58,558 bases of DNA from Phoronis australis. Its lineage: Eukaryota > Animalia > Phoronida. The notes beneath the pieces are model-generated. The model ran no database searches and was not told the DNA's origin. It was given only the letters and a program-made list of their open reading frames with translations. Positions within the stretch are counted from its first letter, which is position 1. The number at the start of each line of letters is the position of its first letter. The translations under genes and the position numbers were made by a program. This document shows, piece after piece, positions 1-11,995 of the stretch. The DNA lies in NCBI GenBank assembly GCA_002633005.1, contig NMRA01000710.1, forward strand, positions 129,960 through 188,517. Reading direction: 5' to 3'.

Positions 1-167
1 ACTGACACACACCTTTATACATCGGATTTGTTTCGGCTTAAGCCACTGTATCGGGGTTTTCTTGTTCTTATTCACTTCCACCACTGTCCGTTTTAATAAA
101 ATGCAACTACTTAAATCTGTGGTCGTCACACTTCGTAATCTGAAACTGAAAGGGGTTTCCCAACTTT

Positions 168-383
168 CAACCAATGGGAATGTCTGAATGTTATGACGTC
201 AGTTTCATTACTTTAACCAATGAGAGGTCATATTAAACAACATTCTACAGTGCTAACTTTCGTTTAGCACTGTCATAGAGTGTACTCCGCTATTGGAAGC
301 TCCCGCGCTATTACGTAATGGTTTTTGACGTCATGATCGCTTCCAACCTGATGCCCTTTTCGATTGCACCCAACACACGTGAC
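168..383. promoter_or_regulatory. Dense promoter/enhancer-like motif cluster (CCAAT boxes, two CRE palindromes, PAR-bZIP palindrome, E-box)
   Basis: CCAAT near 171 and 217 and ATTGG near 292; TGACGTCA at 194-201 and 326-333; ATTACGTAAT at 310-319; CACGTGAC at 376-383. Lies ~0.9 kb upstream of the tetraspanin ATG. Function is inferred. Confidence 0.45.
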
Positions 384-1238
384 GTTTGACCTTTAATTCT
401 GATAAATGACCTTCGTTTCTACGAACTCCTGCGAGAAATGGTCAAGTCTTAGAGTGCAGTTTAAAATAAAAAGATGCATGTAAATAAAGCACATAAAAAT
501 TTTAACAACAAAAAATATTTCTGTTAAAATCGATTCGGAGATATCCAGCGAACCGCTGCAGAATAAGGATTTTGGGAGAAGTGCTTTGTTGCAAATAAAC
601 TTTAAGAACATTAATACGCAAAACACTTGTGTTCATTTTATACTGAAGCTAAAAAGAAAGATTGAGAACCTTATCAAAATAAAAATCGTTTCGATGTCTT
701 GCCAAATAAGAATTAAAAAGGGGCCCCAGATTTCGCGTTCAAAGCGATTCCAATCTCCCTGTATCTGCGTAAAATACTCAAACATTTTGGATATTATGTT
801 ACAGCCAACATTGGCATGTACGACGCGGTATTATATACGGTATGTGTGATAATACACGTTCACGTAGGTTTGCGAAACCTCCCTATTATTTTAAATTTCA
901 GTGAAATGTGTAAGTTTAAGCACGGCACATCTTATTTCCCTTAATACTATATTTGGTGGCATCAAAACATTAAAACCAAAAGTGTTCGCCCCTGAAAGTG
1001 GCCACAGACGTCGCCCACGGCCTGTCACACAGGAACATCTGTATTTTGAACGTGGAATGATATCATAAATGCCTGACAGAGAGCGCTCTAATCGAATTCA
1101 TTAAGTCGTGGGCGATTATCCGTCTGTGACCTGTTTTCATCGAGCAATATTGCCTGGGTGCGGTCAACAAATTGAACATCTCTAACTCACAGATATATTT
1201 ACTTCTAATTGACTAGACATAGATTGCAAAGGGACAAA

Positions 1239-1316
1239 ATGGGACAAGGCAACGGTCTTGGAGGATGTTATACGTGCATCAAATATTTGATGTTTGCATT
1301 TAATCTGTTGTTTTGG
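1239..1316 (+). CDS. Tetraspanin (CD9/CD81-like) coding exon 1: N-terminus and start of TM1
   Basis: MGQGNGLGGCYTCIKYLMFAFNLLFW has the tetraspanin C(I/L)KYL.F.FN.LFW motif and is followed by a GTAAGT donor at 1317, phase 0. Confidence 0.95.
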
Positions 1317-3698
1317 GTAAGTTATCATCAACGAAGTGAAGGCGTACAAGTGGCCTGTTTGTGTTATGATGTCTGCCAATATGCATGGCATTGCTTGTTG
1401 TCTAAATGATTTTAATAATGGTAGTCATTTCTATGTCACGTCGGTAGTGCTGTTGTTTAGCATTGGGTATTTTTATGGCAACAACGTCACCGTTGATTGT
1501 TGCTTAATATATATATCATATATATAGTTTCACGGCCACGGCCGAGGCCAATTGTAGCACCATTAGGGCATGGGCAGGCTTTTTTCAGTACTCCGCCGCC
1601 CATGTAAGGACGCCAGTGTTCTAGCAGATTCCTTCGAAATACAAGCGTGTTTCGTGTAATTACATTCGCTTGGTTGTTGTATGCTTCATTGGGGTGTGAT
1701 TGTTGAAGCCATGTGACTACTGTAACTGTGTAGTAGACGTTACTGTCAAAACTTGATTTACGCGTTCAAAATTGATGGAGAATTCACTTTTACCATCGCC
1801 CATCCTGGCCCATCTCCGGGCGATATTCGAATTACATGTGTAGTTGCTGCCTTTCAGTTAATGCTGGGCAATACTAAATAGCAGTCTCGTCGGATTTATG
1901 TGTATAAGTGCAGCACCGAGCCATGTTGTTTGTTCTCATGATTTGTATTACGCGACCGCGAAACAATAACCTTACCTCTTGTCTTCGTTAAAGCAACAAA
2001 ATACCACTTTGTTCTGTCTGCATACACGTGACACAGGCTTGCTGATTTTACAATGTGTACTTGTTCTACTCTCAGCCGGCATTTCACAGTTACAGTAATG
2101 CTGATTATGCAGGTCTTCACAAATCTTGTTATGCGGGGAGCATTCAAAACAGACGCGCCCAGTCGTTAGTTCGTTCAATGCAAATTTTATGAGTGAGCCC
2201 ACGTAAACTGGTTGTATTCAGGTCTCAGCGAACTGGTATTTGACCTGAAACGTTTTCTCTCTGCCCTGGCGAGTACACAGTTGGTCAGCCATACATAAAG
2301 TTTCCTCAGTGCAACAGTTGGAAAGTTCATTCTCTATAGTGCCCGGATTGTTGAAAGCGTGCTCTCTAGAAGAAACAATGATTAAAGTGTTCAAGAACAC
2401 TTCCATGTTTAGCCAAACTCAAATTCACAATCGGTACAATAGAGAATAAAACAGCTGTTTTTTTCTAAGATGGGGCAATTTGCAGTGCTTAGCATGACGC
2501 CAGTTATTAATAACATTGTTAATTCTGATATGGACTTCATCAAACAAAACTTTACGAAAGCCATTGAAAAGGTCTGGTTTCGATATTGTTACAGAGCAGT
2601 AAGTTGTGAAAATGTTCCACCTGTAGAGATACTTTGGAAACTATACGAATAACTTCGTAATCGAAGCCTGCCTCGATGTCGTTCTGAATTTTGACGTGCA
2701 CAGCAGTGGCCGTTTTATTTACCCATAACACGGGCTCTCGCCACTGGTGTTTTGCTCTTCAAATCGTGCGCCAGTCGAGCGTCGCGTACGCTCCTCAGTG
2801 ACGGGAAAATGAATTGACCTGTATAACTACGCCGTTGTTGATTCTCCGTCTGCGATGACAAGTGTAAACATATAAAATCCATTTTGATTCCAAATATTTC
2901 GAAATCATTATTTGACAGTGAAATAAGCAAATAATAAAAACCGTGCTTTGTTATATTAATGCTGTGGGGATTTCCCAGGGATGCCTGTGTCGTCTTAAGA
3001 AACGCGAACGATAAGTGTGTGCTAATAACTAGAATTTGCACTACCAGAGACCCATAATGGCATGATGTTGAATTTGTCCAAGGTGCCGGCAAAATGAAGT
3101 TACAGAAAGAATGCTTTCGTTGTCACGTTGTCACGTGGTCACCGTGAGGAGTATCGGCCGAGTAACCTCAGTAACCGAGACCTCAGCTGTCTGTGGCTGG
3201 CAGGGGGCACAGAACTGTTCTCACTGTGTTAACCTAGCAATATTGTGTTTGTTACATTTTCTTCACTCTATCGAAAACCGTATGCGGGCACAGGAACTTT
3301 GTTGTGTCATGTAATTTGGGCCTTTCGGTCTTAGTGAAAAGCAAGGTAGGGTAAGAAAAAGAGCGACAAACACAAAATCGCACTTTTCACTCTAATGCCA
3401 ATGCACGACTAACGCCCCAAGTCCCCCAAGGCTGGTGTACCCCTTGATTTTAATGTTTTGGGAGTGCCAATTGGCTGCGGCCGTACCCCAAATGTCCAGT
3501 TTCACCGCATTAGGTGTTTTTCCGTCATTATGACATATTACCATATTCACTTACTGTTACGTAAAAATTTTCAAGCAAAACGAGACATTCACGAGATTGT
3601 AATGGTGACTCGTTCCCGGACGGTTTCTGTCACATTGGAGGACCCGGGGTACTTCATTTGCATATACAATTTAATGAGACTGCATTTTAAGTCTATTG

Positions 3699-3863
3699 CA
3701 GTGGCGGATTTAGAGGGGGGGGAAAGGGGCCATGGCCCCCCATAAAATTCTCCCAATTTCCAATTGGCAATTGGCAGTTCGGGAGTGAGAATGCCTGACT
3801 GGTAAAATCCTGATCAATACTCTGCCCTGGCCCCCCTAACTCAAAATCCTGGATCCGCCCCTG
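3699..3863. mobile_element. MITE, 165 bp, CA..TG termini (hAT-like)
   Basis: Ends CAGTGGCGGAT.. and ..ATCCGCCCCTG are inverted; flanks TATTG/TACTG look like a 5-bp TSD with one mismatch. Confidence 0.7.
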
Positions 3864-5701
3864 TACTGCCACCAATTTATCAAGAAAAAGTCAAAGTTTT
3901 TGAAAGCATAGTGAATAAGTCTTGATCGATATGTATCATATCCGATATTTAGTTTTTCTTTTCCTTAGTGGACAAAGAATCTTGTTGTCTGCACGTGCTG
4001 TTACTTTATAATGTGATGTAATTCCGTTTTTAAAACTGATTAAAATTCAGTCGCTGTCTCGCGGCTAGAAAAATCTATCCGAAGTCACATGTTCTCATTT
4101 AAAATACACGGCAACATCTTACGGAACGTGCTATCTCGCGAAATCTAGTTTTTTTGTTGAGGTTCTATCGTACTGAACTCTGACCCTGCACAGTATGAAT
4201 CAGGACATCAATAGCATTCATTGCTGACGCTTCCTGGCTTGCTACCAATTAAGTAGATCAATTTGAGCCCTCATTCGCTTTTATCAAATGTTATCGATTC
4301 ACCTCCTTTCCTAAAAAGTCTCAAAAAGTTTGCACTGTGTAAGTGTATCGTCTGTACTTCTCACTTGCCGTCTGTTGTCGATCGAAATTGCAGAAACGAA
4401 CAACTGGATTCTACATGAATCTCCCACGCGAACCATCCATCTTATGTTGGAGCAGTGTTAGGTTATGTAGGACCTGTTCAACGTGTCTGTACATTTAGCC
4501 AAATGTCTGTAACACGTAACAGGAAAAATGCACAGTTTCTGCCAAAGTAGAACGCCCGTTGTATTTGAGGTTTGTCTTTTTTCCAAGGTGCCGTTAATGG
4601 AGTTATAGGACCAGTTGCATCTACTGTAACCGTAGACATTAGGAGATCGTACTGTTGGAAATACATCACACGAGGCATCTTTTGGATGGGTGATATATAC
4701 GTTGAAATAACCTCAAGGCCCCTTACTTTGTTAGCTTCAGGCACTGAATTGGTGACAGTTTCTATGTATTGCCTGTATTGCGGCAACTTGAGCAGTTTTG
4801 TGTTAATAAGGAAAGTCGAAGCAGAAAAGTTGCAGGACACATGTTCTCTATTAGTCTATTTATCACGCCAGGACCGAACACTTATGGACACCAGGACCGA
4901 AAAAATTTAAAGCCGTGAAAGAAAATGTTATACCACTGACGTGTACGAGTGTGACGATTATGTAATACTCAAGACGTTCTGTTGTAACACGGGGAAGAGT
5001 TACACATTATTGTCACGATAATATAGCTGTCGTCGGCGAAACATTGTCGAACGGTTAATCCTTGTGTGCCTGGCAACGACGTCATCACTTTGAAGGGTCA
5101 ATGATTGGGAATGATGACATGGTGTCATGGTGTGAATATTTTCTGTTGTGATTAATTAAAATTTCAGTCTTTACTTGTTCGAAGTGGAAAGCTTGAAAGT
5201 TTTCAGACCTGACAAGTTAAATTTTCATTCCTGACATGATGTTTCATAAGCCCTGACGTGATAAATTTTGGCTTTTAGTTGTTTTTTTTATTGTCCTGCG
5301 GAGATGTTAATTCTCGTGTCCTGGATTTTTTCTGCTTCTGCAGTTGAATCACACTGAAAACTCGTTAACAGGCGCAAAATAGTTGTCCTTTGTTGGTAAT
5401 GTCTTCCTGATGAAACTGATCAGCACCCCTAAAAACACAATTTGCGGTGACATTTGAGCGCTTGTAACCTCGCGTTGCGTCCGAGGTGTTCCCCCATCTG
5501 ACACAAGTTACCTTGTGTCCTATTCTAAAACGGTGACGTAGTTTTGAGTATCCTACTGTAAGTGTGGGTTGGAGAGCGGCGGGATCAGTCGTTTAGAAAT
5601 CAGAGACGTGGAGAGCGTACCTGTCTCTCTCTTACCTGACATTCTTTCAGTATGAGACCTGCATGGTTCATATATAACAATACTTTACAATTCTGTTCGC
5701 A

Positions 5702-7257
5702 TTTTTATGCACCCACATATTTGTATGTGGACGCATTATGCCGTCATCTCCGTCCGTCCGTCTGTCCGTCCGTCTGTCCGTCCGGCGTCCGTCCTTCCAG
5801 CGTCCGGCGTCCGCTGCTCTATCTCCAAAACCGATTGACGTATGTTCATGAAATTTTGCACGTGTTCCTCTCATGGATGGGACGGCATAAGCGAACGTTC
5901 GGACGGATCCGGCTGCCGATGTGCAACCTAGTGGCAATTTTAATTTTTTACGTTTACCTCTGTATCTTCAAAGGTGCTCAACATATTTTCACAAAATTTG
6001 GTATATAGTCTTCTATTAGTGAGACGGCGTTATCCTCCCGTTAGATTCGACGTAGTTTGTGCCACCTAGTGGACATTTTTACTGTTTTCGCGTCTGTTTT
6101 TTGGCGTCCACCCCTCTGTCAACCAAACCGCTCGAAGCATGATTGTGAAAATTGGCGTGCATGTTCTTATAATGAAGAGAATGGTTGACGATGATTTTCC
6201 GACGACTTCGAATACTGTGGCACCTCCTAGTGTCAGTTTTCTTTTTTGTGTTTATCGCTATATCTCCTAAACCATTTGCAGGATCTTTACTATATTTAGT
6301 AAGTGCATTCATATGGTGATGACAACTGACAACAACAACTTTCGGAGAGACCTGACCACTGGTGTGCCACCTAGTGGCAATTTTAATTGTTTACGTTTAC
6401 CTCTGTATCTTCAAAGGTCCTCAATGTATTTTCATAAAATTTGGTGTATAGGCTTCTGTTAGTAATATGACGTTATCTTTCCGTTTTTAGATGGTTTCGA
6501 CCTAGCTTTCGCCACCTGGTGGTCGTTTTTACTGTTTTTGAGTCTGGTTTTTTGCGTCCAGCCCTCTATCAACCAAACCGCTTTCAGGATAAGTGGAAAA
6601 TTGGCATGTATGTTTTTACTATGAAGTGGAAGGGTGACGATGATTTGCTGATGACTTCGACTACTGTGGCGCCTCCTTGTGACAGTTTCGTTTTTTGCGC
6701 CCATGGCTGTATCTCCTAAACCGTCTGTACGATCTTTACTAAATTTAAGAAGTGTGTTATATGATTATGACAACGGACGATGACGATTTTCAGATGGATC
6801 TGACTACTGTTGTGCCACCTGGTGGTAATTTTAGTTTTACGTTTATCTCTTTATCTTCAAAGGTCCTCAACAGATTTTCATAAAATTTTGAGTACAGGCA
6901 TCTGTATCTCCTAAACCCACTGCAGGATCTTTATTGAAATTAATTTTTAAGCGTTTTTGTATGAAGCTAACAACAGACAATGACGACTTTCAGGCGGATC
7001 CAATGAACAGTGTGCCCCCTAGTGCCAATTTCATTTTATTCTGTTTTCATTTGTTTCTCTGAAGTTCCAAGATGGATTTCTATGAAATTTTCTGTATAGC
7101 TTTCTATTTAAGAAGCAATGACATGTTCCCCTTTTCTTATGGATTGTATGTTTTTGCGCCATCTAGTGGCCATTTTTGTCACAAATAAACAACCTTAAAA
7201 GCACACCATTTGCGATGCATTCGTGGGCGCATTTCAACGCTCCGCGTTGCTCTTGTT
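5702..7257 (+). mobile_element. HINE-like (Helentron-associated non-autonomous) element, copy 1
   Basis: 5' TTTTTATGCACCCAC sub-TIR with a nearby inverted copy GTGGACGCAT, a (CCGT/GTCC)n microsatellite at ~5750-5810, tandem internal core repeats, and a 3' GTGGGCGCAT sub-TIR plus CAACGC-TCC-GCGTTG hairpin and CTCTTGTT end. This matches the DINE-1/HINE architecture. Confidence 0.75.
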
Positions 7258-7261
7258 ATTT

Positions 7262-8520
7262 ATATGTGTTCGCAATAGGTCGTCATCCCTGTACGTCCGT
7301 CAGTCCAGTAACCGCCCTCAGTCCGCTGCTGCATCTACTGTACAAAGCCCCTGGGTAGATGTTCATGGAATTTTGCAGATGGGTACCGTCCGTGAGCGAA
7401 CTTTCGGAATATTCGACCACTGGTGTGCCTCCTAGTGGAAATGTTATTTTTACATTTGCCTGTGTGCCTTCCTAGTTCTTTAAAAGTATACCAAACCCAA
7501 ACCCAAGTTTGGTTTTGTAACAGATAGTGAAAACCATTTTGGCACTCGGTGTCCAAAACGAAACGCTTTGGATGATGTGAAATTTACGTGTAGCTGATAC
7601 ATGTATGTTCAAATGGAGTTAGTAACGGCTGACACCAGTTTCAGACCAATCCGGCTACAGTTGTGCCCCTTATTACAGTTTTAATTTTTTACGTGTGCCA
7701 CTGTTTCCTTAGAATTCATAGATGGCTTTACATGAAATTTTGCAAATAGCCTTTCCATTTTCGGAGAGACTGGAGGTATTTTGCTCCACATAGTGGCCAT
7801 TTATATTGTTTCTAGCTTGATTTTTAGCGCCTGTCTCTTCATCCGTCATAATATCCCGAGGATCGTTATGAGTGGAGTCCTTAGTGGACATTCTGTATAT
7901 TTACTGCTGATTCTTTTGCATGATATTTGTGAACTTTTGCAGATATTTTCCTGTAGATGTGACCATGACTGCCCACTACTTTTTGGACAGCTCTGACTAC
8001 CGCTGTGTTCCTCTATATATTACATTCCTTTTTATTCGACGATTTTTAATGAAATTTGGCAAGCACGTTTGTTTTTTGAAGATGACAGCACCTTTACAAT
8101 TTGGGATGGACTCAACATAGTCTAGATTAGTTAGTGGCCATTTCAATTATTTTTGAGTCATTTTTGGCGTCTGCTTCCGTATCGGACAAACCGCGTAGAG
8201 GATCGTTATGAAAACTGACAGATATGTTCAAGAGCACGACTGGCGTGGATTGTCCGACTGTCCAAATACTATGGTTCTCCCTAGCGACTGCTTGTGTATC
8301 AACTAAACCCCTTGCAAGATCACGATTTGCCAAGTCTGTTCCTAATGACTTGACAACAGATGGACGGATTCTACTCCGAACAGCAATTTGATTCCTTTCG
8401 TCTATCTCTGAATCTTTGAAGTTTCAAATTACGTGTAGAATTTTCATGAAACTTGATAAGTAGTTTGGTATTAGATAGAAGACAATGCCTTCTTAATTTT
8501 GAATGTATTTGATGTACTGT
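7262..8520 (+). mobile_element. Older, degenerate copy of the same HINE-like family (boundaries approximate)
   Basis: Same core motifs (CTAGTGG, ATGAAATTT(T/G)GC, GTCCGTC) but more diverged; directly abuts copy 1. Confidence 0.55.
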
Positions 8521-8770
8521 GCGCCATGTAATAGCTATATTTTATGACTAAAACACCACAGTTAGATGAACACTGTTTTCGTTGCGTTGTTAGCACGGGA
8601 AATTTTACTTTGTCCACCAATTTGTTTAAGGACTGCTTTTGGTGAAGAAGCCTGTTTACAATGGACACTGATCTGTATTGTAAAAGTGTGCGAAATAAAT
8701 AACAAACTGTGAAAGATCCAAATTCTCAGAATCTCATTTATCGCACTTACTGTAATGCACATACCCTTCA

Positions 8771-8997
8771 CATGCGCGCATCCAGGGGGGGGTTGCTCGA
8801 AAGAGCCCCCCATGGGCAGAAAAGTCCGCCTCAGAGAAACAAAAAGTCCGAGAGGACGAGACAAAAGTCTGCTAAAAAGGCGCAGACGCACAGTGAAGGA
8901 GTATCCCGTTATTTTTTTAGTCCTGCTTTTTTGTCAGCAAAAGGTCCACATCGCCAAGAATGCGAGCCCCCCATATTAAAGACTGGGTGCGCGCATG
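8771..8997. mobile_element. MITE, 227 bp, with perfect 5-bp TSD CTTCA
   Basis: Inverted ends CATGCGCGCATCCAG / CTGGGTGCGCGCATG; CTTCA at 8766-8770 and 8998-9002. Confidence 0.8.
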
Positions 8998-9124
8998 CTT
9001 CAAACACTACAGAGCGCCCTCACATGGCATTCACTCGTAGCCTTCTAGCATTGAGAGTCGGCATTTCACATTGTGACTTGCTCATCCACTAGTTGTGTGT
9101 ATAACAACAACGTAATCGTTTCAG

Positions 9125-9325
9125 TTGCTAGGATGCGCCATCATCGGAGTAGCCATTTGGGTTCTTGTCGACCCCAAGTTCAAGCAGTATATCGATAATG
9201 CGGAACAGTTCCAGAATTTCTACACCGCCGCCTACATTCTCATTGCTATAGGAGCGGTCATTATGATCATTGGCTTCCTGGGCTGTTGCGGCGCCATTCG
9301 GGAGTCACAGTGCATGTTGGCTACG
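9125..9325 (+). CDS. Tetraspanin exon 2: TM1 end, EC1, TM2, inner loop
   Basis: TTTCAG acceptor; LLGCAIIGVAIWVLVDPKF...IIGFLGCCGAIRESQCMLAT contains the canonical GFLGCCGA.RES.CML signature; GTAGG donor; 201 nt, phase 0. Confidence 0.97.
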
Positions 9326-10258
9326 GTAGGTTTTTCTTCTCTCCACCTTATTCGTCTCTGAAAATAAATGTCACTTCACGGTTGCCATTATCTTGTCATA
9401 TGCCTGTTCGCAACACGAAGTGAAAAGTGTGTCTATACATGTGCTGCAGAATACCGCATCTTTTGGTCTGTTTAGTGTGCATGTCAGTCATGTAATGCCA
9501 CAAAATCTCAGAACAAGGCTTACAAACACTATCTCACTGGTGTTTAGACCCTAAGAACCACAGGTTATTCTAAGGTTGGATATCGAGTGATGGGCCAGTA
9601 CAGTGCCAATATTGAACCACTAATGTTGCCTTTACAGGCTCAATGCAGGAATTAATATTAATGTTTGTGAGTATAACGAAACAACAGGTTTGTTTTTTTT
9701 CAATTGTTCAGGTTTTTAACTATTGCATGTGCAGCTGTGACTTACATGAAGAAAAGACTCTTGTTCTGTAATACTTTTATTACTATGAAACTGCTAAGGG
9801 AAAATACTTTCAAAAAATGATGTATATAAATGAAAACTAAGCAACTAATTATTTTTTACAAAACTGTCTCGGGCTTGTTAGTGGACTGGCAGCTTCACAC
9901 AGTCTTCGCCCTCCCTCCATGTCTCAGGCGTTTCCGAACCTGTTGTCTGTCTCTTTTACTATAAAGCTTGCATGAGCATTACTGTGTTCCGTGATCACAA
10001 ATCCCTGAAATTAAACAACGCCTGCTTAGTATTTTAGAGTACAAACTAACAGACTCCACTATACATTTTCCAGATAAGTTATGCATAAGAATTACCTAAA
10101 GATACTATACCATTCCAACACAAAACTTATTTGAAAAGCAGAATCTGGAAGATAAATGTTTCATCCTTTGTTAACACAAGTTACTCATGCGTGACTGTAA
10201 GCAGGTGTATTTCATTCGGTCACTCATCCTTTCCAACATCCTATTTTTGTACTTGCAG

Positions 10259-10333
10259 TTCTTCGTATTTCTCTTCATCATCTTCATCGTCCTTCTGGCT
10301 GCTGGCATCTGGGCTCTTGTCAACAAGGATTCG
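10259..10333 (+). CDS. Tetraspanin exon 3: TM3
   Basis: Polypyrimidine tract plus TTGCAG acceptor; FFVFLFIIFIVLLAAGIWALVNKDS; GTAAGT donor; 75 nt, phase 0. Confidence 0.95.
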
Positions 10334-11389
10334 GTAAGTCTACTGCGTAAGATCTGATGACAGTTCGATTTCGAGCAAGAGATAAGTGAAGCGTAATCAG
10401 GTAGATGTACAGTGTTCAGGTACACCGTCCTAATATTGTCCATGTCAGATGCACCTCATCGTGGATAAACCTTTAAAGGCAACATCAGATCAAGGGCAAC
10501 TTTCAGGCCGTTGTTACTTCCAAACCATCCAACTCGAACTGGTGGAACTATTAAAACTCGTACTGGCTTCAACAGAAACAAACTTAATCGTTAGCAAAAC
10601 CATAGACATGCACCCCTCTTACATGTACATGCATATTTCAATGTGTGTCTAGTTATACTTAAATGGACACGTTTGTCCAATGAACTGTAACAAAATAACC
10701 CAGTCATTCATTTTCTTGACACTTTTTATACACTTGTGTTGGCAGTCACGTTAAATTAACATGCACGTCCGACAGGTGCGCGTGCTCTCTTTCCACGCCC
10801 ACAGGGCTTGTTAAAGTTTTTGTCGATTCGGTGCAATTGCTTTTATTACCACATGCTTAACCGTCATCATAGAACTCTAACCCAGGAATGCTAACCTCGC
10901 TCTAGTGCTGGTGAGGTTGTGTCGCGTATGCGTAGCATTTGCTTGCATTTATTTGCTGGGGTGTTGGTTCTTGCTCTGACATTTGCGGTCACTAGAACTT
11001 TCGCAATTACGCCATTTTCCAACCAAATTGAATAGTGGTCATATCATTAGAAACCTCTAAAGTTTATCAGTTCTTGATAATGTACGATAATACCAGAGGC
11101 AAGAGATGAATAACCGAATTCATAACTACTTATCATTTCTCGTACCTCATAGGTTGATTCTAAAAATCAGTAGTGTTGCCTAAGTGCCAAGAATATCAGG
11201 GTGTAAAAGAAACATAAAAAGGAAATGAACCAGAGAGGTTGTATCAATGATTAATGAGAGGTAATTTCAAAGATTCAAAAAAAATTTCTGTCAAGACACA
11301 ATTTCTGTGTCAGACGAAATCGAATTAACAAAAAGTACCTGAGCAACAGCTAAACATTGCACACCTATAAACAATTGAATGCACACGTT

Positions 11390-11470
11390 CACTCACACAC
11401 ACGCGCACACGCACACACACACGCACACGCACACGCACACACACACACACACAAACACACAAACACACAA
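11390..11470. repeat. (CA)n/(CACG)n microsatellite
   Basis: Visible acacac/gcacac run. Confidence 0.9.
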
Positions 11471-11995
11471 ATACGTGTAAATTTTTGAAAGTTACCTAAG
11501 GGCTGTTCCAGCAAAAATGTATGGGAGGGGGATTGCACTTTTATTCTTTACGCACCGCCCATATTTTACTATTATTTCTCCAACCCATGACCCATCATTT
11601 TTAATTAGGTTCAAATATAAAATGCAACACTTGTAAACAAGTGGCCTCTAGGATGACCTGTTAAGTACTTAGATGACCCAGGAACAAAAACTAGCTGTCT
11701 TGTCGAATATTGCCAAAAACTAAAGCTGCAAATTACGAAAAGCTGTAAATAAGTGAAAAATATGTCTGGGATAATCAACGAACCTTATTTTTGCTAAGAA
11801 TGACATGAAAAAGGTTGCCTTCGCCTTTAACAGGTCGGAGCTAAAATTTTCATTTGACACAATGGCATTTTAGAAAATCATGCCACTGTGTCAAATGAAA
11901 ATTAAAAAAACACAAAATGTCTTGTTGAAAACCCTAGCATGAAGTTTCATAGATTGTAGCATGTGGTTTTTAAAACAGGATCTGAAAACTAAGGG

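Noticed and set aside
11496-11990. Possible Harbinger-type MITE starting TAAGGGCTGTTCCAG as host of the P-like element
   Set aside because: No matching right terminus found, so it could not be delimited.
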